From the IMG/VR virus record IMGVR_UViG_3300031555_007106: a DNA stretch of 64,000 nt, one strand, 5' to 3'. Position 1 is the first letter of the stretch. Every line of letters starts with the position of its first letter. The position numbers and the translations under genes were made by a program. The notes beneath the pieces were generated by a model that did no database searches, had not been told where the DNA came from, and saw only the letters and a program-made list of their open reading frames with translations. Source of the stretch: a virus (taxonomy: Duplodnaviria > Heunggongvirae > Uroviricota > Caudoviricetes). This document shows positions 18,005 to 28,746 of this stretch, piece by piece.

Positions 18005-18370
18005 TCATAAATCCTCCTCCGCCCACTTACGTAGGCCTTCATTAAACTTTAACTCTTCTTCCTTGTATATAGCTGTGTCTTTTGCTGATGTGGTAGTAGT
18101 AAAACCATGTTTGGGAGGTTGTGCCTCACACACAAGCTCTTGATACTCATAACCCTCAACAATAGCAGGACATCCCACGCAACCACGTTCGACCAACCCT
18201 TTTTCTCTTAACTCTTTAATAGCTTTACGTGTTGCATATAACGTTAAACCTGTCGTATTTGCAAGTTCTCTTGCAGAATATACACCACAACTATCCCAAT
18301 GCATATCCCAACGACACATTATTTGGAATGTTTCCTTTGCAATATCTGATAATTCCATATTTACCTTCAT
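18005..18370 (-). CDS. putative winged-HTH protein
   Basis: SARELANTTGLTLYATRKAIKELREKGLV. Confidence 0.5.
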   Translation of the reverse strand: MKVNMELSDIAKETFQIMCRWDMHWDSCGVYSARELANTTGLTLYATRKAIKELREKGLVERGCVGCPAIVEGYEYQELVCEAQPPKHGFTTTTSAKDTAIYKEEELKFNEGLRKWAEEDL

Positions 18371-18876
18371 TTTCTGCTCCCTTCTGTTCCGGGAGTTCTT
18401 GAACCTTCGTGATACGGCAATGTGTGTATTGGTACATAATTAGGAAAAAGAATTTTAAGTTTCGTTTTCGCTTCACTTTTTGTTCTTACTCCTTCCAACA
18501 CACTCCAATGTTTGGGGATTTCGCACATTTCCTTTTCGAAATTGACGTAAGCACGATAAAAATGCTTATTGCTTGAATCATCGTTAAACCAATAAAACCA
18601 AACTCCGCCAACGTGAGCCATATGAAGAAAAGCATTCATATTTTTCTCTTTCCTTTCTTTAATCTGCATTTTTTCTTTGCAGTTTTTATTTCGAGTGTAC
18701 GCCAGTGCTTTTCTGTATCGTGAATACCACACATCTTAACTCCGTCATAACAGCCTTCGCCATTATCAAAGGAATTAAGGTAAGTGCAATATAATTCCCT
18801 ACCGACTTCAAAATGTCTTATTTTCTCTGTCCGGAGAGGACATCTGTCGCAATACTGGCTAACAGGAATTCTTCTC

Positions 18877-19677
18877 TTAAGATGTCTCTGTCGTTTGTTC
18901 ATCTTGTTCTGTCTTCCCCTTTCTCTGTTCTCTTATTTCCTCGAAAGACATATGTCGTATATCTTTCTTGGTTTTTCTTTTTTCGCGTCTTAACTCCTTT
19001 CTTATCTCATTGTTTTCTCTTTCCTTTTTTACCCTCTCTTCTTTTCTCTTAAAACTATTGAGGATAAAATTACGATATTCTTCGTAATCAGAGAAATTCA
19101 CGTATTCCATCGCTGCTACATAGAGACAGTTTTCACCACGAGCCATCTCATAGCTATTAGCACTTACCACAATGTATATATCCATATTAGAGCATCGAGA
19201 ATCTTTAAGAATTATATCAAAAAGTCTCTTCAGCATATCGATATTATCAATGCTGTAACCGCTATCAACAGCGTCTAACATTATCCAGATTTCTTCAGCG
19301 TCCGAATGTATTTTCACACATTCTCCGATTTTATCTATCAATTTTCCTAAATTCAAAGAGATGTTTTCTCCTTCAGATGATGTCGCTGCTACAGCTGCAA
19401 ATTTAATGTCACCATTCCAAACAGCTTCACTAACAGAAACTGAGCTGCCATCATTTTGATTATCATAATCAAAAACAAAGATTTTTCGATTGTTTTTATC
19501 ATGATTTACATTATCTTTGATTATTCTGAGAAAAGTTGACTTACCTGAACCATTACATCCGACAAGAACCGTAACGCCGGGGTTTATTGTAATAGAACCC
19601 TTTGAGTACATATCCGCACCTAAAGCAAGCGGGTCTTTGTCAAACTTAAACTTTCTGCTCATTTCTTTTCCTTTCAT
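18877..19677 (-). CDS. ABC-type/AAA ATPase
   Basis: Walker A GCNGSGKST, signature SSEGE, Walker B IMLDAVDSG. Confidence 0.8.
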   Translation of the reverse strand: MKGKEMSRKFKFDKDPLALGADMYSKGSITINPGVTVLVGCNGSGKSTFLRIIKDNVNHDKNNRKIFVFDYDNQNDGSSVSVSEAVWNGDIKFAAVAATSSEGENISLNLGKLIDKIGECVKIHSDAEEIWIMLDAVDSGYSIDNIDMLKRLFDIILKDSRCSNMDIYIVVSANSYEMARGENCLYVAAMEYVNFSDYEEYRNFILNSFKRKEERVKKERENNEIRKELRREKRKTKKDIRHMSFEEIREQRKGKTEQDEQTTETS

Positions 19678-20128
19678 TTCTTATTCTTTGCTGTTCTCTT
19701 GTTATTTTATCGTGACACACATCGCATTTTGTAGAAAGATTTTCAGGCGCGTCTGAACCACCGTCACACACAGCCTCTATATGATGAATTTCCAGATGTC
19801 CGTCAGTAGAGGGCAATGGAATGTCATATTCACTGTATTTAACGTGTAGTTCTCCGCAATCCGTACAAGTGTACATATCTCGCCTCATAATGTGATTACG
19901 ATAACCGCCTGCACTCCCTTCATTCGCATACATAACAGGAGAAGTTGCTATTGCAAACTTCTTGGAACACTCGGGAGAGCAACAAGATTTTCTTCGCTTA
20001 TTTTCAATTTTCTTTCCGCACCATTCGCAGTAACCTTCCGGTACAAACCGAGGTCTTGGAAAGGTTGTCTTTTCTTTGCCGTAAAGTTTTTGAGCTGTTG
20101 ATAAATTGATTAAAGGCTTACGATTCAC
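19646..20128 (-). CDS. HNH endonuclease
   Basis: RRDMYTCTDCG...EIHHIEAVCDGGSDAPENLSTKCDVCH; extra N-terminal Cys cluster. Confidence 0.85.
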   Translation of the reverse strand: MNRKPLINLSTAQKLYGKEKTTFPRPRFVPEGYCEWCGKKIENKRRKSCCSPECSKKFAIATSPVMYANEGSAGGYRNHIMRRDMYTCTDCGELHVKYSEYDIPLPSTDGHLEIHHIEAVCDGGSDAPENLSTKCDVCHDKITREQQRIRNERKRNEQKV

Positions 20129-20552
20129 TCGCAGTCACCTTCTCAAATTTATCAACTCCTTCAGTAAGAGCATACCCTTCACCCTCAAAATTGACATGAA
20201 TAATCCCCATGTAATCTATGTAGCGAACTTCACAAATTGCACCTGTAGGTGGTGTCATATCTTCTTTTCCCTCAATAACACGAATTTTTGTGCCTTTTGG
20301 ATAAGTGCTTGTATTAGCTCTTCGAGCTTTACACGAAATACTTTCCTCTGTAAAAGTGGGGTCATTGTGTGCTTGTTCAACACACCAATCCTTGAATGAT
20401 ACACCGCGTAATACCAGTGAACGTGCATTCTCTCTATAAGAAGCAGCGTATTCCTTTGTACGGGTAATACCAAATTTGTCAATACACTTCACCCAATCAT
20501 CATCAATGATGAAAGTGGTTTTATTGTACAGATTCTTTTCATCAACAGTCAT
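20118..20552 (-). CDS. protein with C-terminal DUF4314-like domain
   Basis: YPKGTKIRV...IDYMGIIHVNF similar to 13437..13667. Confidence 0.55.
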   Translation of the reverse strand: MTVDEKNLYNKTTFIIDDDWVKCIDKFGITRTKEYAASYRENARSLVLRGVSFKDWCVEQAHNDPTFTEESISCKARRANTSTYPKGTKIRVIEGKEDMTPPTGAICEVRYIDYMGIIHVNFEGEGYALTEGVDKFEKVTASES

Positions 20553-21446
20553 TATCTTCTTTTTCCTTTCACCGAATTAATAAGTTTTTCCTTTGCTTCA
20601 AATTCTTCAAGTTTTTCTAAAACCTCGCAAATTTGGTCTGCATTCATTTCACAAGCCTTTCTTAAACTTCCGTCTCTACCTATGTAACATAACAGACCTT
20701 TTGAGTTTCTTGCGGTTAAAATTCTGTTTTTTCGTGGTAACAGACCGCCTGTATATTCTTCCGACATTTTTTCTCCTTTCAGTTCTTAAGTTCAATGTAC
20801 GAAAATATTCCCTGCATAACAAAGTTTTCAGTTACATTCAGATAACAATATCCATTTTCAGACCAATACTTTCCGTTTTTATGATTGTGTTCAAAATCCG
20901 GAAGTATCAATTCATTATAGATGTATTCTGCAATATAATTGCAAACATCCTCAGGGAATGTTAATTGCTGGTTGTAGTAACGCTTATAAAGCTTACGACC
21001 AATCTCATCTACTTTCTCGGCAAGCTCCTTGATAGAAGGTAAATTTGCGTCTTTCTTATAATCCTTGTCAGTATTATTCATAAGTGCATTTCCTTTCTCT
21101 ACTTTGTTTTTAATAATCTTGCTTCATATTCTTCTTGTGTTGCGAAAAAAGTTTTACCGAAACACGATACAAGTGGTCTTGCATATTCGACATTGCTGAC
21201 ATATTTATCGGTTTCGCGTTTAAGTTTTACGCGCCAATCACCAACATTGTCACAATCATAGCCAAAAACAGTCCACCAGCCATCTTTTCTGTATACCCTA
21301 CTACCGATAGGCAAAGGTATAACAAAAATATTATCTTTGTTTGTTTCTAACATTTTAAACCTTTCTTTTGATAAATAGTCAATAATATCCTCCGTATCTT
21401 CAGAAAAAATATTGCTACTTATAGTATGATTGAAAATAGGGAAAAT

Positions 21447-21473
21447 AAAAAAAGCGCCCCGAAGGACGCTTTT
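21447..21473 (-). terminator. intrinsic terminator
   Basis: minus GCGTCC-TTCG-GGGCGC-T7. Confidence 0.8.
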
Positions 21474-21678
21474 GACTCTTTTGCATTAACGTGTATATTG
21501 TCCTATTTTTTTCTGCAATCGTTTTGCCTGTGTATGAACCTACATATTTGTATATCGTACACATCTCTTTTGTTTTCAAGGTGAACTACTCGGATATAAA
21601 TAGCCGAGACTTCCCGCCCGTATGATATTAAAAGAAAAAAACGGACGCTTTCACGCCCGTTTTATGAAATTATTAATT

Positions 21679-23472
21679 TTAAGAAACTGCACCTAATACC
21701 GTCTGCATTAAGGCATCAACCTCTTCTCCTGACATAGTTTTGACCTCTAAAAGCTTTTTAGCGAGAACTTCAACCATATCGTAATTTTCCTTCAATAATT
21801 TAAGTGTTTCTTGATACATTTCCTTAGAAAGTTCTTTAACTCGTTCGATAACTGTTTCGTTGGTCTGAAACTCTCCTGCAAGAACTTCAAGGTCTATAAA
21901 ACCTACCGATTTATCAAAGCCAAACTTTGTAACATAAGCCATTAAAAGCTTAGTAGCTTGTGTTATGTCACTTCCAGCTCCTTCGGTTACGTTTTCGTCC
22001 CCATAATGAATTTCTTCAGAAGCACGACCGGCGTAAGCAATCATTATTCTCGATACAACTTTTCTTTTGGATACAAAAAGTCTATCATCATCTGCTTGAA
22101 ATACTGCACCGCCAACTCCGCTGGTCATTCCGTGAATTGACACACGCGAAATTTCTTCACCACGAAGCAGACTTACTACAGCGTGTCCGGCCTCGTGAAA
22201 TGCAACAACCTCTAAATCCTGAGCGTGTTGTTCTTCATTCGAGCGATTACCTTTAAAAACAATCTTATCAATTGCTTCCTGCAAGTTGTCTTGAGAAATC
22301 TTTTTCTTATCCTCTCTAAAAGCAATAAGTTTTGCTTCTCTGCAAACCGATGCAATATCAGCACCGGAAAAGCCAACAACTTCCTTTGCAAGCTGAACAG
22401 AATCTACACTTTCATCAGCATCGTTCTTTAAATAATGCTCAAACAATTTCTGTCGAGTTTCCCACTTCTTGGGAGCTTCAATTTTGATTCTTCTATCAAA
22501 ACGTCCTGAACGAAGCAGAGCTTTATCAAGATTATCTGCTCTGTTGGTAGCGGCAATAACAATTACATCACCCTTAGTCTGAAAACCGTCGAGTTCTGTA
22601 AGCATTGCATTAATAGTCTGGTCGTTCTCAGAAGTTCCTCTGCCGTTGCCTCTTTCCCTGCCAATAGCATCAATTTCATCGAAAAAAAGAATACAAGGGG
22701 TATTCTTTCTTGCAATCTTAAATGCCTCTCTCACCTTTTGAGCTCCCATACCTACGTATAAAGCTATAAGGTTAGAGCTGTTTACTGAAATAAAATTAAC
22801 CCCGGCTTCTTTTGCGACGGCTTTGGCAAGCATCGTCTTACCTGTACCTGCACCACCCTCAAGCAAAATACCATGAGATAACTCTGCTGCTTCAACACCA
22901 TTCTTTAACTGTTTTACTAACAGTCTAAGGTCTTCCTTTACTTCCTCATGTCCTATAACATCATCAAAACCGATGTCGATTTTATCATTCTGAATAATTT
23001 CAAAATGGTCAGTGCTTGACGGGAAGCTCTTCAGTAAAATGCTCGAGAAAAAGAAAATTAGGAGCATTGAAGGCATTAATTCCAGCATTAAAAGCACATA
23101 AGTAATAGCACCTTCATTCGCAATATTAACAATAACATCCTTTTCCAGAAGGTCTTTTCTAAAATCTTCGTAGGCGGGATAATATGTTTTAAAAACTATC
23201 GCATTCTCTCCTTTGTATTCCTTTCTCTCTTCGAATGTCATTTTTTTGGATTGTTCATCAAACAAGCGAACAGTCATCAAACCTTCATCGGCGCTATATG
23301 TAACCATATCGACCTCGTTTGATTCAAGATACTCCAGATATTCTGTGTATGAAATAGTCTGAACATTTTCGTTTGAGGAAAATATCATACACACTGAAAC
23401 TATAATGCTTGTAATGACCGCTATACCCCATACTAAAAGGTAAATAGACTTTTTATCGTTCTTTTTCTTCAC
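21679..23472 (-). CDS. ftsH: FtsH-like AAA+ metalloprotease
   Basis: two N-terminal TM segments, GGAGTGKT, FDEIDAIG, ATNR...DKALLRSGRFDR, HEAGH M41 motif. Confidence 0.92.
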   Translation of the reverse strand: MKKKNDKKSIYLLVWGIAVITSIIVSVCMIFSSNENVQTISYTEYLEYLESNEVDMVTYSADEGLMTVRLFDEQSKKMTFEERKEYKGENAIVFKTYYPAYEDFRKDLLEKDVIVNIANEGAITYVLLMLELMPSMLLIFFFSSILLKSFPSSTDHFEIIQNDKIDIGFDDVIGHEEVKEDLRLLVKQLKNGVEAAELSHGILLEGGAGTGKTMLAKAVAKEAGVNFISVNSSNLIALYVGMGAQKVREAFKIARKNTPCILFFDEIDAIGRERGNGRGTSENDQTINAMLTELDGFQTKGDVIVIAATNRADNLDKALLRSGRFDRRIKIEAPKKWETRQKLFEHYLKNDADESVDSVQLAKEVVGFSGADIASVCREAKLIAFREDKKKISQDNLQEAIDKIVFKGNRSNEEQHAQDLEVVAFHEAGHAVVSLLRGEEISRVSIHGMTSGVGGAVFQADDDRLFVSKRKVVSRIMIAYAGRASEEIHYGDENVTEGAGSDITQATKLLMAYVTKFGFDKSVGFIDLEVLAGEFQTNETVIERVKELSKEMYQETLKLLKENYDMVEVLAKKLLEVKTMSGEEVDALMQTVLGAVS

Positions 23473-23487
23473 TTTTAAAACCGTCCT

Positions 23488-24174
23488 TTATTCTAATGTA
23501 CAACCATTCGCCTTTCTATCATTTGGAGTTATTTCCTCAGGAAAAGCAAATGTAGTTATACCATCTTCAAACTTAATTTTCCACGCAGGCAAACTCTCGA
23601 AATCAAATTCTTCTATTGTAGCTCTCCTAAGTACAACAAAAGGTTTCCCTATGTAGTTATCATATTGGGTATAAGGAGACCAGTACAATCTAGCGAAGCC
23701 ATCCTTTTCATATAAATAGAACAGGTTATCCATAAATTCTTCATCTATATATTTAGGGTTTTCAGGATATCTATTATTGAATTCTTCCCATGTTTCTGCA
23801 TGTTTGTGGCCGCCGACAGCGTTTTTAAGTACATTTTCTCCTACATACACCATAGGAGGTAAAACGTTTTTGTCATCGATATAATAATCTGCCCCAATTT
23901 TTCTTGGGTTTGTGCCGAATTTCTCAACTCTGAAGGGAGGATTTTCGTTCACGTAAGGAAAAATTAAACCAATAGACTTGCAAAATTCAACAGCTTCATC
24001 AAGTTCTTTGTCTTCTCTGCAGGTCCATAAAACCAGAACGGCTCCTATTTCAGCCAAATGCTTAATAAAATCAACATTTTCCCTTATAGGACCGATTATA
24101 GTCGGATAATTAGTGCGAGCGATAACTCCGTCGAAATCAACGGCAACCACTGTCCAGTTAGGTGTAATAATCAT
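23488..24174 (-). CDS. HAD-superfamily protein (phage type) with extra C-terminal domain
   Basis: AVDFDGVI, LWTCR, YYIDDK motifs. Confidence 0.7.
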   Translation of the reverse strand: MIITPNWTVVAVDFDGVIARTNYPTIIGPIRENVDFIKHLAEIGAVLVLWTCREDKELDEAVEFCKSIGLIFPYVNENPPFRVEKFGTNPRKIGADYYIDDKNVLPPMVYVGENVLKNAVGGHKHAETWEEFNNRYPENPKYIDEEFMDNLFYLYEKDGFARLYWSPYTQYDNYIGKPFVVLRRATIEEFDFESLPAWKIKFEDGITTFAFPEEITPNDRKANGCTLE

Positions 24175-24401
24175 GATTGCGCCTCCTCGACAACTTCGTA
24201 AGAAAGAACACGACCGGAAATTTTATCTCTTTCCATACCAACAAGAGTCTGTTCATCATATTCATCTTGCGACATCGTGCTTGGTTGCCAATTCCCGTTT
24301 TCATCCCGCTCAAAATGAGGCATCTTTCTGCGAGCTTCTACCGTATCTAAAATCTTTTCTTTCTCTGGTTCTGAAAACCATACATACTTAATCTTCATAT
24401 T

Positions 24402-25019
24402 TTACTCCTTTTCCACTTTAGTACGATATTTATCAAAATCATTCATAAAATTATCAACAAGATTTTTTATGTCGCACATTTTGTATTGGTCGAGCTTACC
24501 CTTTTCGTACATCTCAGAGATTGCTAAATGAAGCTCTTTGATTTCCTCTTCGGTAAAGTCTCCGCAATATTCGATACGGAACGGATTGTAGGCTGCATTC
24601 TTTATCGCCTCGCTTACAGTTGCGTAGCAGTAATATTCAGCACCCTCTCTACCACCTTTACCTACAAAATTAAAGCCGTCGTTATCGTATGCTTCTTCTT
24701 TGTTTTCGGGTTTAAGCTTTGATAAAGTCCCGTTGCAATAATCCTTTCCATCAGAATCAATGCCCCATTCCACACATACAGCATAGTTAATATCTTTCAT
24801 TGTATGGCCATTCATATTCATATCCATATTTTCCTTTTCTTCGTAAGACTCTAATAGAGATGTTGTGACACACAGACAATCATCATAACCGTCTTCGTCA
24901 ATAAAATTTACATAACATTCTTCACCGGTAAGAGAGCCGTATCTAATAAACTCTCCTACTCTCTGTAAAAGTATGTGACGCACCATATCTCCCTTTTTAA
25001 ACTTATTCATAATCAACAT
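24402..25019 (-). CDS. hypothetical protein
   Basis: 205 aa ORF with RBS. Confidence 0.5.
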   Translation of the reverse strand: MLIMNKFKKGDMVRHILLQRVGEFIRYGSLTGEECYVNFIDEDGYDDCLCVTTSLLESYEEKENMDMNMNGHTMKDINYAVCVEWGIDSDGKDYCNGTLSKLKPENKEEAYDNDGFNFVGKGGREGAEYYCYATVSEAIKNAAYNPFRIEYCGDFTEEEIKELHLAISEMYEKGKLDQYKMCDIKNLVDNFMNDFDKYRTKVEKE

Positions 25020-25444
25020 CCTTTTCTTTTTAATGTATTTTAATGATTTATCCCTTTTCGTAATCAGTCACTGCAGTTGAAAAACTTCCCTGTACATCTT
25101 CTTTAACAAGACTTTCTTCATTTTGCGAGCTGTTTGGGAACAGTGCGTTGTATAAGAAATCTATTGTTTCTGAAGAAAATTCTATAATATCTGTTGTGTA
25201 ATTCATTGTTACTCCTTTTTATTAGTCAGAGTTGAAAAACTACCTTGATAATCCTCTTCTCTGTATTCGTTATCTATGTAAGAATTTATGTCTTCCAGAG
25301 TTCCTAACATTGAATCCAAAATTCTGTCTGTTTTATGATATGAAGCCAACATAGACCCTGTCTCTTTAATGATATAAACAATAAAGAAAGCTACACAGAT
25401 AAACAATGAAATACCCAAGATTACTGAAACTTCATACCTCAGCG

Positions 25445-26008
25445 TCATTTTATTTCTCCCCCATTCTCTTCTGAAAGGATATCGCTGTGGATATTCCCCA
25501 AGTATTCATACATCCATTTTGAACAAAGTTTTATTTCGTCCAGAGGACTATCAAAATTATCTGTCTCGCCTGTTTTTTCTCTTTGTGAGACAGCGGTCCA
25601 ACACAGTTCTTCCTGCGAATACTTTATAACATAATTCTTAAAAAAATACTGAGTTGTTTTGATGTTTACTCTGTCACCCTCAAAGAGCTGACGTTTAAAT
25701 TCCTTATCATTAATTTTTTCGTATCCAAATAAGCCGTCAACAGCCTCGCAGATAGTTTCGGGAATAACATCTACATAGAGATGTCTGTTCGGTAATCCCC
25801 AATCAGTCATTTCGTCAAAAACAATGAAATATTCAGTGTTGTCGGGATATTTGTCATAATCTTCCTTAAAGCAATAAGTTGTTTTGTCACTCTTCCTCAA
25901 ACTGCCTTTTGCCCAGCCATCTGAGAAATGTCTTCTATCCTCTGCATCTTTTGGAATAGCTTTGTATAAATGAGTTCTAATAGCCATTATTTCCTCCTGT
26001 ATTATCAC
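25445..26008 (-). CDS. YopX-like protein
   Basis: W..GSL...VIPETICEAV.GL...LFEGDRV pattern. Confidence 0.55.
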   Translation of the reverse strand: MIIQEEIMAIRTHLYKAIPKDAEDRRHFSDGWAKGSLRKSDKTTYCFKEDYDKYPDNTEYFIVFDEMTDWGLPNRHLYVDVIPETICEAVDGLFGYEKINDKEFKRQLFEGDRVNIKTTQYFFKNYVIKYSQEELCWTAVSQREKTGETDNFDSPLDEIKLCSKWMYEYLGNIHSDILSEENGGEIK

Positions 26009-26354
26009 TTTTTAATCCAATTATTATCTTTAATCCAATTGTGAAGAACAGCAAGACCTAAAATATGCTTATACATACGATTTTTGGTCATTCCTGCAAA
26101 TGCATAGCCATATGGATTATCAGCTGCAATATGAGGAAAAAGTTCAACCATTACTTCTCGTAATGTCTGCCGTGTATAAAGAGCTAAAAACTCTTCACGT
26201 GAATGTTGCAGAAATTCTCCTTTCACCTTCAGTTCTTTTGTCGTTCTTTCGAATCTTTCTTTGTAGCTTAAATTAACATTCATAGTTCAAATCCTTTCTT
26301 GTTTCGACCTTGTATTGGCGAGGATAAATACCCCGCCAATATACCGTCAACGTT

Positions 26355-26681
26355 TTATGCGAGCTTAAAAAATTCGATTAATGCTTCGCACATAGCGTTT
26401 TCAAACTTCTCTTTCCATTTTTCATCCGAGAAATCTACTTCATAGTGAATGAATGTTCCGCCGTCTGTATCCCAAACGCCTCTTTCTTCATCAAAATCCA
26501 TTTTGTAGATTGCACAGTAGTTTTCGCCGTCTTCAACACAGTAGTTGTATTCAACTCCTATATTACCAAACCAGATATATCCGGCTCCCCAGAAGTCAGC
26601 TTCATCATCTTCTTCTGTTTCGGGTGAAATCTCACATTCAAATTCGTATTTTTCACTTTTCTTTAATTCTTCTACTGTCAT
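26355..26681 (-). CDS. acidic hypothetical protein
   Basis: 108 aa ORF with RBS. Confidence 0.5.
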   Translation of the reverse strand: MTVEELKKSEKYEFECEISPETEEDDEADFWGAGYIWFGNIGVEYNYCVEDGENYCAIYKMDFDEERGVWDTDGGTFIHYEVDFSDEKWKEKFENAMCEALIEFFKLA

Positions 26682-26682
26682 A

Positions 26683-27174
26683 TTACTTTCCTTTCATAAA
26701 TTTAGCTTTTTTGTTTTCAAAGACTTTGCAAGCATCTTCGTAGTTATAAAAAAGAATACTTCCGATAGTTCTTTTTCCTATCGTAATAGCTTGATAGCAG
26801 TACATTCCATCGCCTAAAGCCGGACATACGCGACCATACAATGAAATCTCCTTATCATAACCGATTCTGATACTGTCGATTACAAATGAAAACATTTTAG
26901 GTTCTTGTGTCCAGTCATCCCGTCCTATTAAGAAAAGTCGCTGCCCCACATAAAAGGGTAATTCAACAACACTCCTTATACTTTCGATACCATTCATCAC
27001 TTCATATTCTGAAGGGCTGGTAAGTATCTTTGTTATAAGCTCAGGAGTTAATTCAACGCCTCTTAAAGTCGGATAACCTCCGGTGCGTGAAACTTCTATA
27101 CCTAGCTCTTTACATACCGACAACAGCTCTGTTTCTTCAAACAGCTCGTTTTTCATTCTTTTTTCTCCTTTCAC
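26683..27174 (-). CDS. hypothetical protein
   Basis: 163 aa ORF in operon. Confidence 0.5.
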   Translation of the reverse strand: MKGEKRMKNELFEETELLSVCKELGIEVSRTGGYPTLRGVELTPELITKILTSPSEYEVMNGIESIRSVVELPFYVGQRLFLIGRDDWTQEPKMFSFVIDSIRIGYDKEISLYGRVCPALGDGMYCYQAITIGKRTIGSILFYNYEDACKVFENKKAKFMKGK

Positions 27175-28102
27175 AAGAAATCAAGATTTTTTCAACATAT
27201 TCATCTCTGTTCTTTGTAGGTAAACTTGATATAAAATCAACGCATTCGCTTAATATATCATTCATTTCCGAGTCAGAAGCATCAATTATGGTATTTTCCA
27301 TTTTTTCAAATCTGAATTTCTTTGCTGTTTGAGAATTAACAATTAACTCTTCAAAAGACTCCTTGCCATACTTTTTTATGTATTCGTCAGGGTCTTTTGC
27401 TCCGCTCATTTTGAGAATTTTAACGTCTATCCCCGTTTCTGTTAGTAATTCAATAGCTCTCTGAGTAGCTTTTTGACCTGCTTCATCAGAATCGTAAGCT
27501 ATCACAACGGAAGATGTATATCTACTCATCAGAATAGCTTGCTGTGGAGTAATTGCTGTTCCCAAAGTAGCAATAGCATTATCATAACCTGCTTGGTTTA
27601 AAGCAATAACATCCATATATCCTTCGCATAAAATTAAATAATCTTTATCCGATTTCATTGCAAAGTTTATAGAAAAAACATTATTACTTTTATGAAAAAC
27701 AACAGTTTCACTGCTGTTAAGATACTTTGCATTAGCGTCACGTTCCAAAGCACGTCCGCCGAATGCGATAACATTCTTCATGCGGTCAACAATCGGAAAC
27801 ATCACTCTGTATTTGAACTTATCACAAGCCTTTTCATCCGTACTTATAAGAGCTGCCAGTTCCATTTCAGAATCACTGTAACCCTTATCTTTAAGATGAT
27901 TATAAAGCCCACGCCAGTTTCTTGTAGCAAATCCAAGCCCATATTTACGTATCGTTTTCTTTGTTAAACCACGAGAAAGAAGATATTTCATACCTTCTTC
28001 TCCCTCTTCCGAAAAAAGCATATCCCTATAATATCTAGCTGCTTCTTTGTTTATCTCGAAAACTTTATCCCTCAAGATACATTTTTCTTCAATATTCATC
28101 AT
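27137..28102 (-). CDS. dnaG: DnaG-type primase catalytic core (no N-terminal Zn-binding domain)
   Basis: RVMFPI, FGGRAL, AKYLNSSET..F.KS, CEGYMDVIAL, ATLGTA, YDSDEAGQKA. Confidence 0.88.
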   Translation of the reverse strand: MMNIEEKCILRDKVFEINKEAARYYRDMLFSEEGEEGMKYLLSRGLTKKTIRKYGLGFATRNWRGLYNHLKDKGYSDSEMELAALISTDEKACDKFKYRVMFPIVDRMKNVIAFGGRALERDANAKYLNSSETVVFHKSNNVFSINFAMKSDKDYLILCEGYMDVIALNQAGYDNAIATLGTAITPQQAILMSRYTSSVVIAYDSDEAGQKATQRAIELLTETGIDVKILKMSGAKDPDEYIKKYGKESFEELIVNSQTAKKFRFEKMENTIIDASDSEMNDILSECVDFISSLPTKNRDEYVEKILISCERRKKNEKRAV

Positions 28103-28535
28103 TTTCCCTTTCTTCAAACATTTGAGTCAACACTTTTTTGTAAACCAAAGAATTCGGCTTGTAATAAGGGTTGTCAAAAATCGCGAAGTCATTGCCGAAA
28201 TAATATTTCATAAGTGCTGCCGCACATCCTGCTGAGCGAGATACACCCGCTTCACAGTGAACAATAATTCGTTCAACGCAATCAGCATAACGCTTAACAA
28301 ATTCTGTAATTTTGATGGCATCATCATCAGAAATCGGATAATAACCATCTTTTTCGGTGTCAATATCATCAAACTGAATATGTAATATTCTTCTGATTCT
28401 ATTATCATAACGATTGCAAAATCTATTGCGTTCGCTTTCAGGGTCTGTAATTGAAACAATGATTGAACTGTGTGTATGAGCTTCGTAAGAGTATTTTCGT
28501 GCTTTCTCTCTGTTCATAACCAAAATTTCTTTCAT
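28089..28535 (-). CDS. protein-tyrosine/dual-specificity phosphatase-like protein
   Basis: IVHCEAGVSRSAG CX5R motif. Confidence 0.8.
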   Translation of the reverse strand: MKEILVMNREKARKYSYEAHTHSSIIVSITDPESERNRFCNRYDNRIRRILHIQFDDIDTEKDGYYPISDDDAIKITEFVKRYADCVERIIVHCEAGVSRSAGCAAALMKYYFGNDFAIFDNPYYKPNSLVYKKVLTQMFEERENDEY

Positions 28536-28746
28536 TCTTTCACCTCACACATCCATATTTCCTACAAATGTAATCGACCTGAAACCATATCCATAAGCCT
28601 TAAACTTTTCAAGTTCAGATTCTCTTACAAGAAAATGTTCTTTACCTACTTCAAGATATTTTTCCTTTTCACCGTTTTCCGGGTGAGTTTTCACAGTAGC
28701 CTTTAAAGCGTCAGAATATGACATAAATTCAACTTTATAAACCTTT

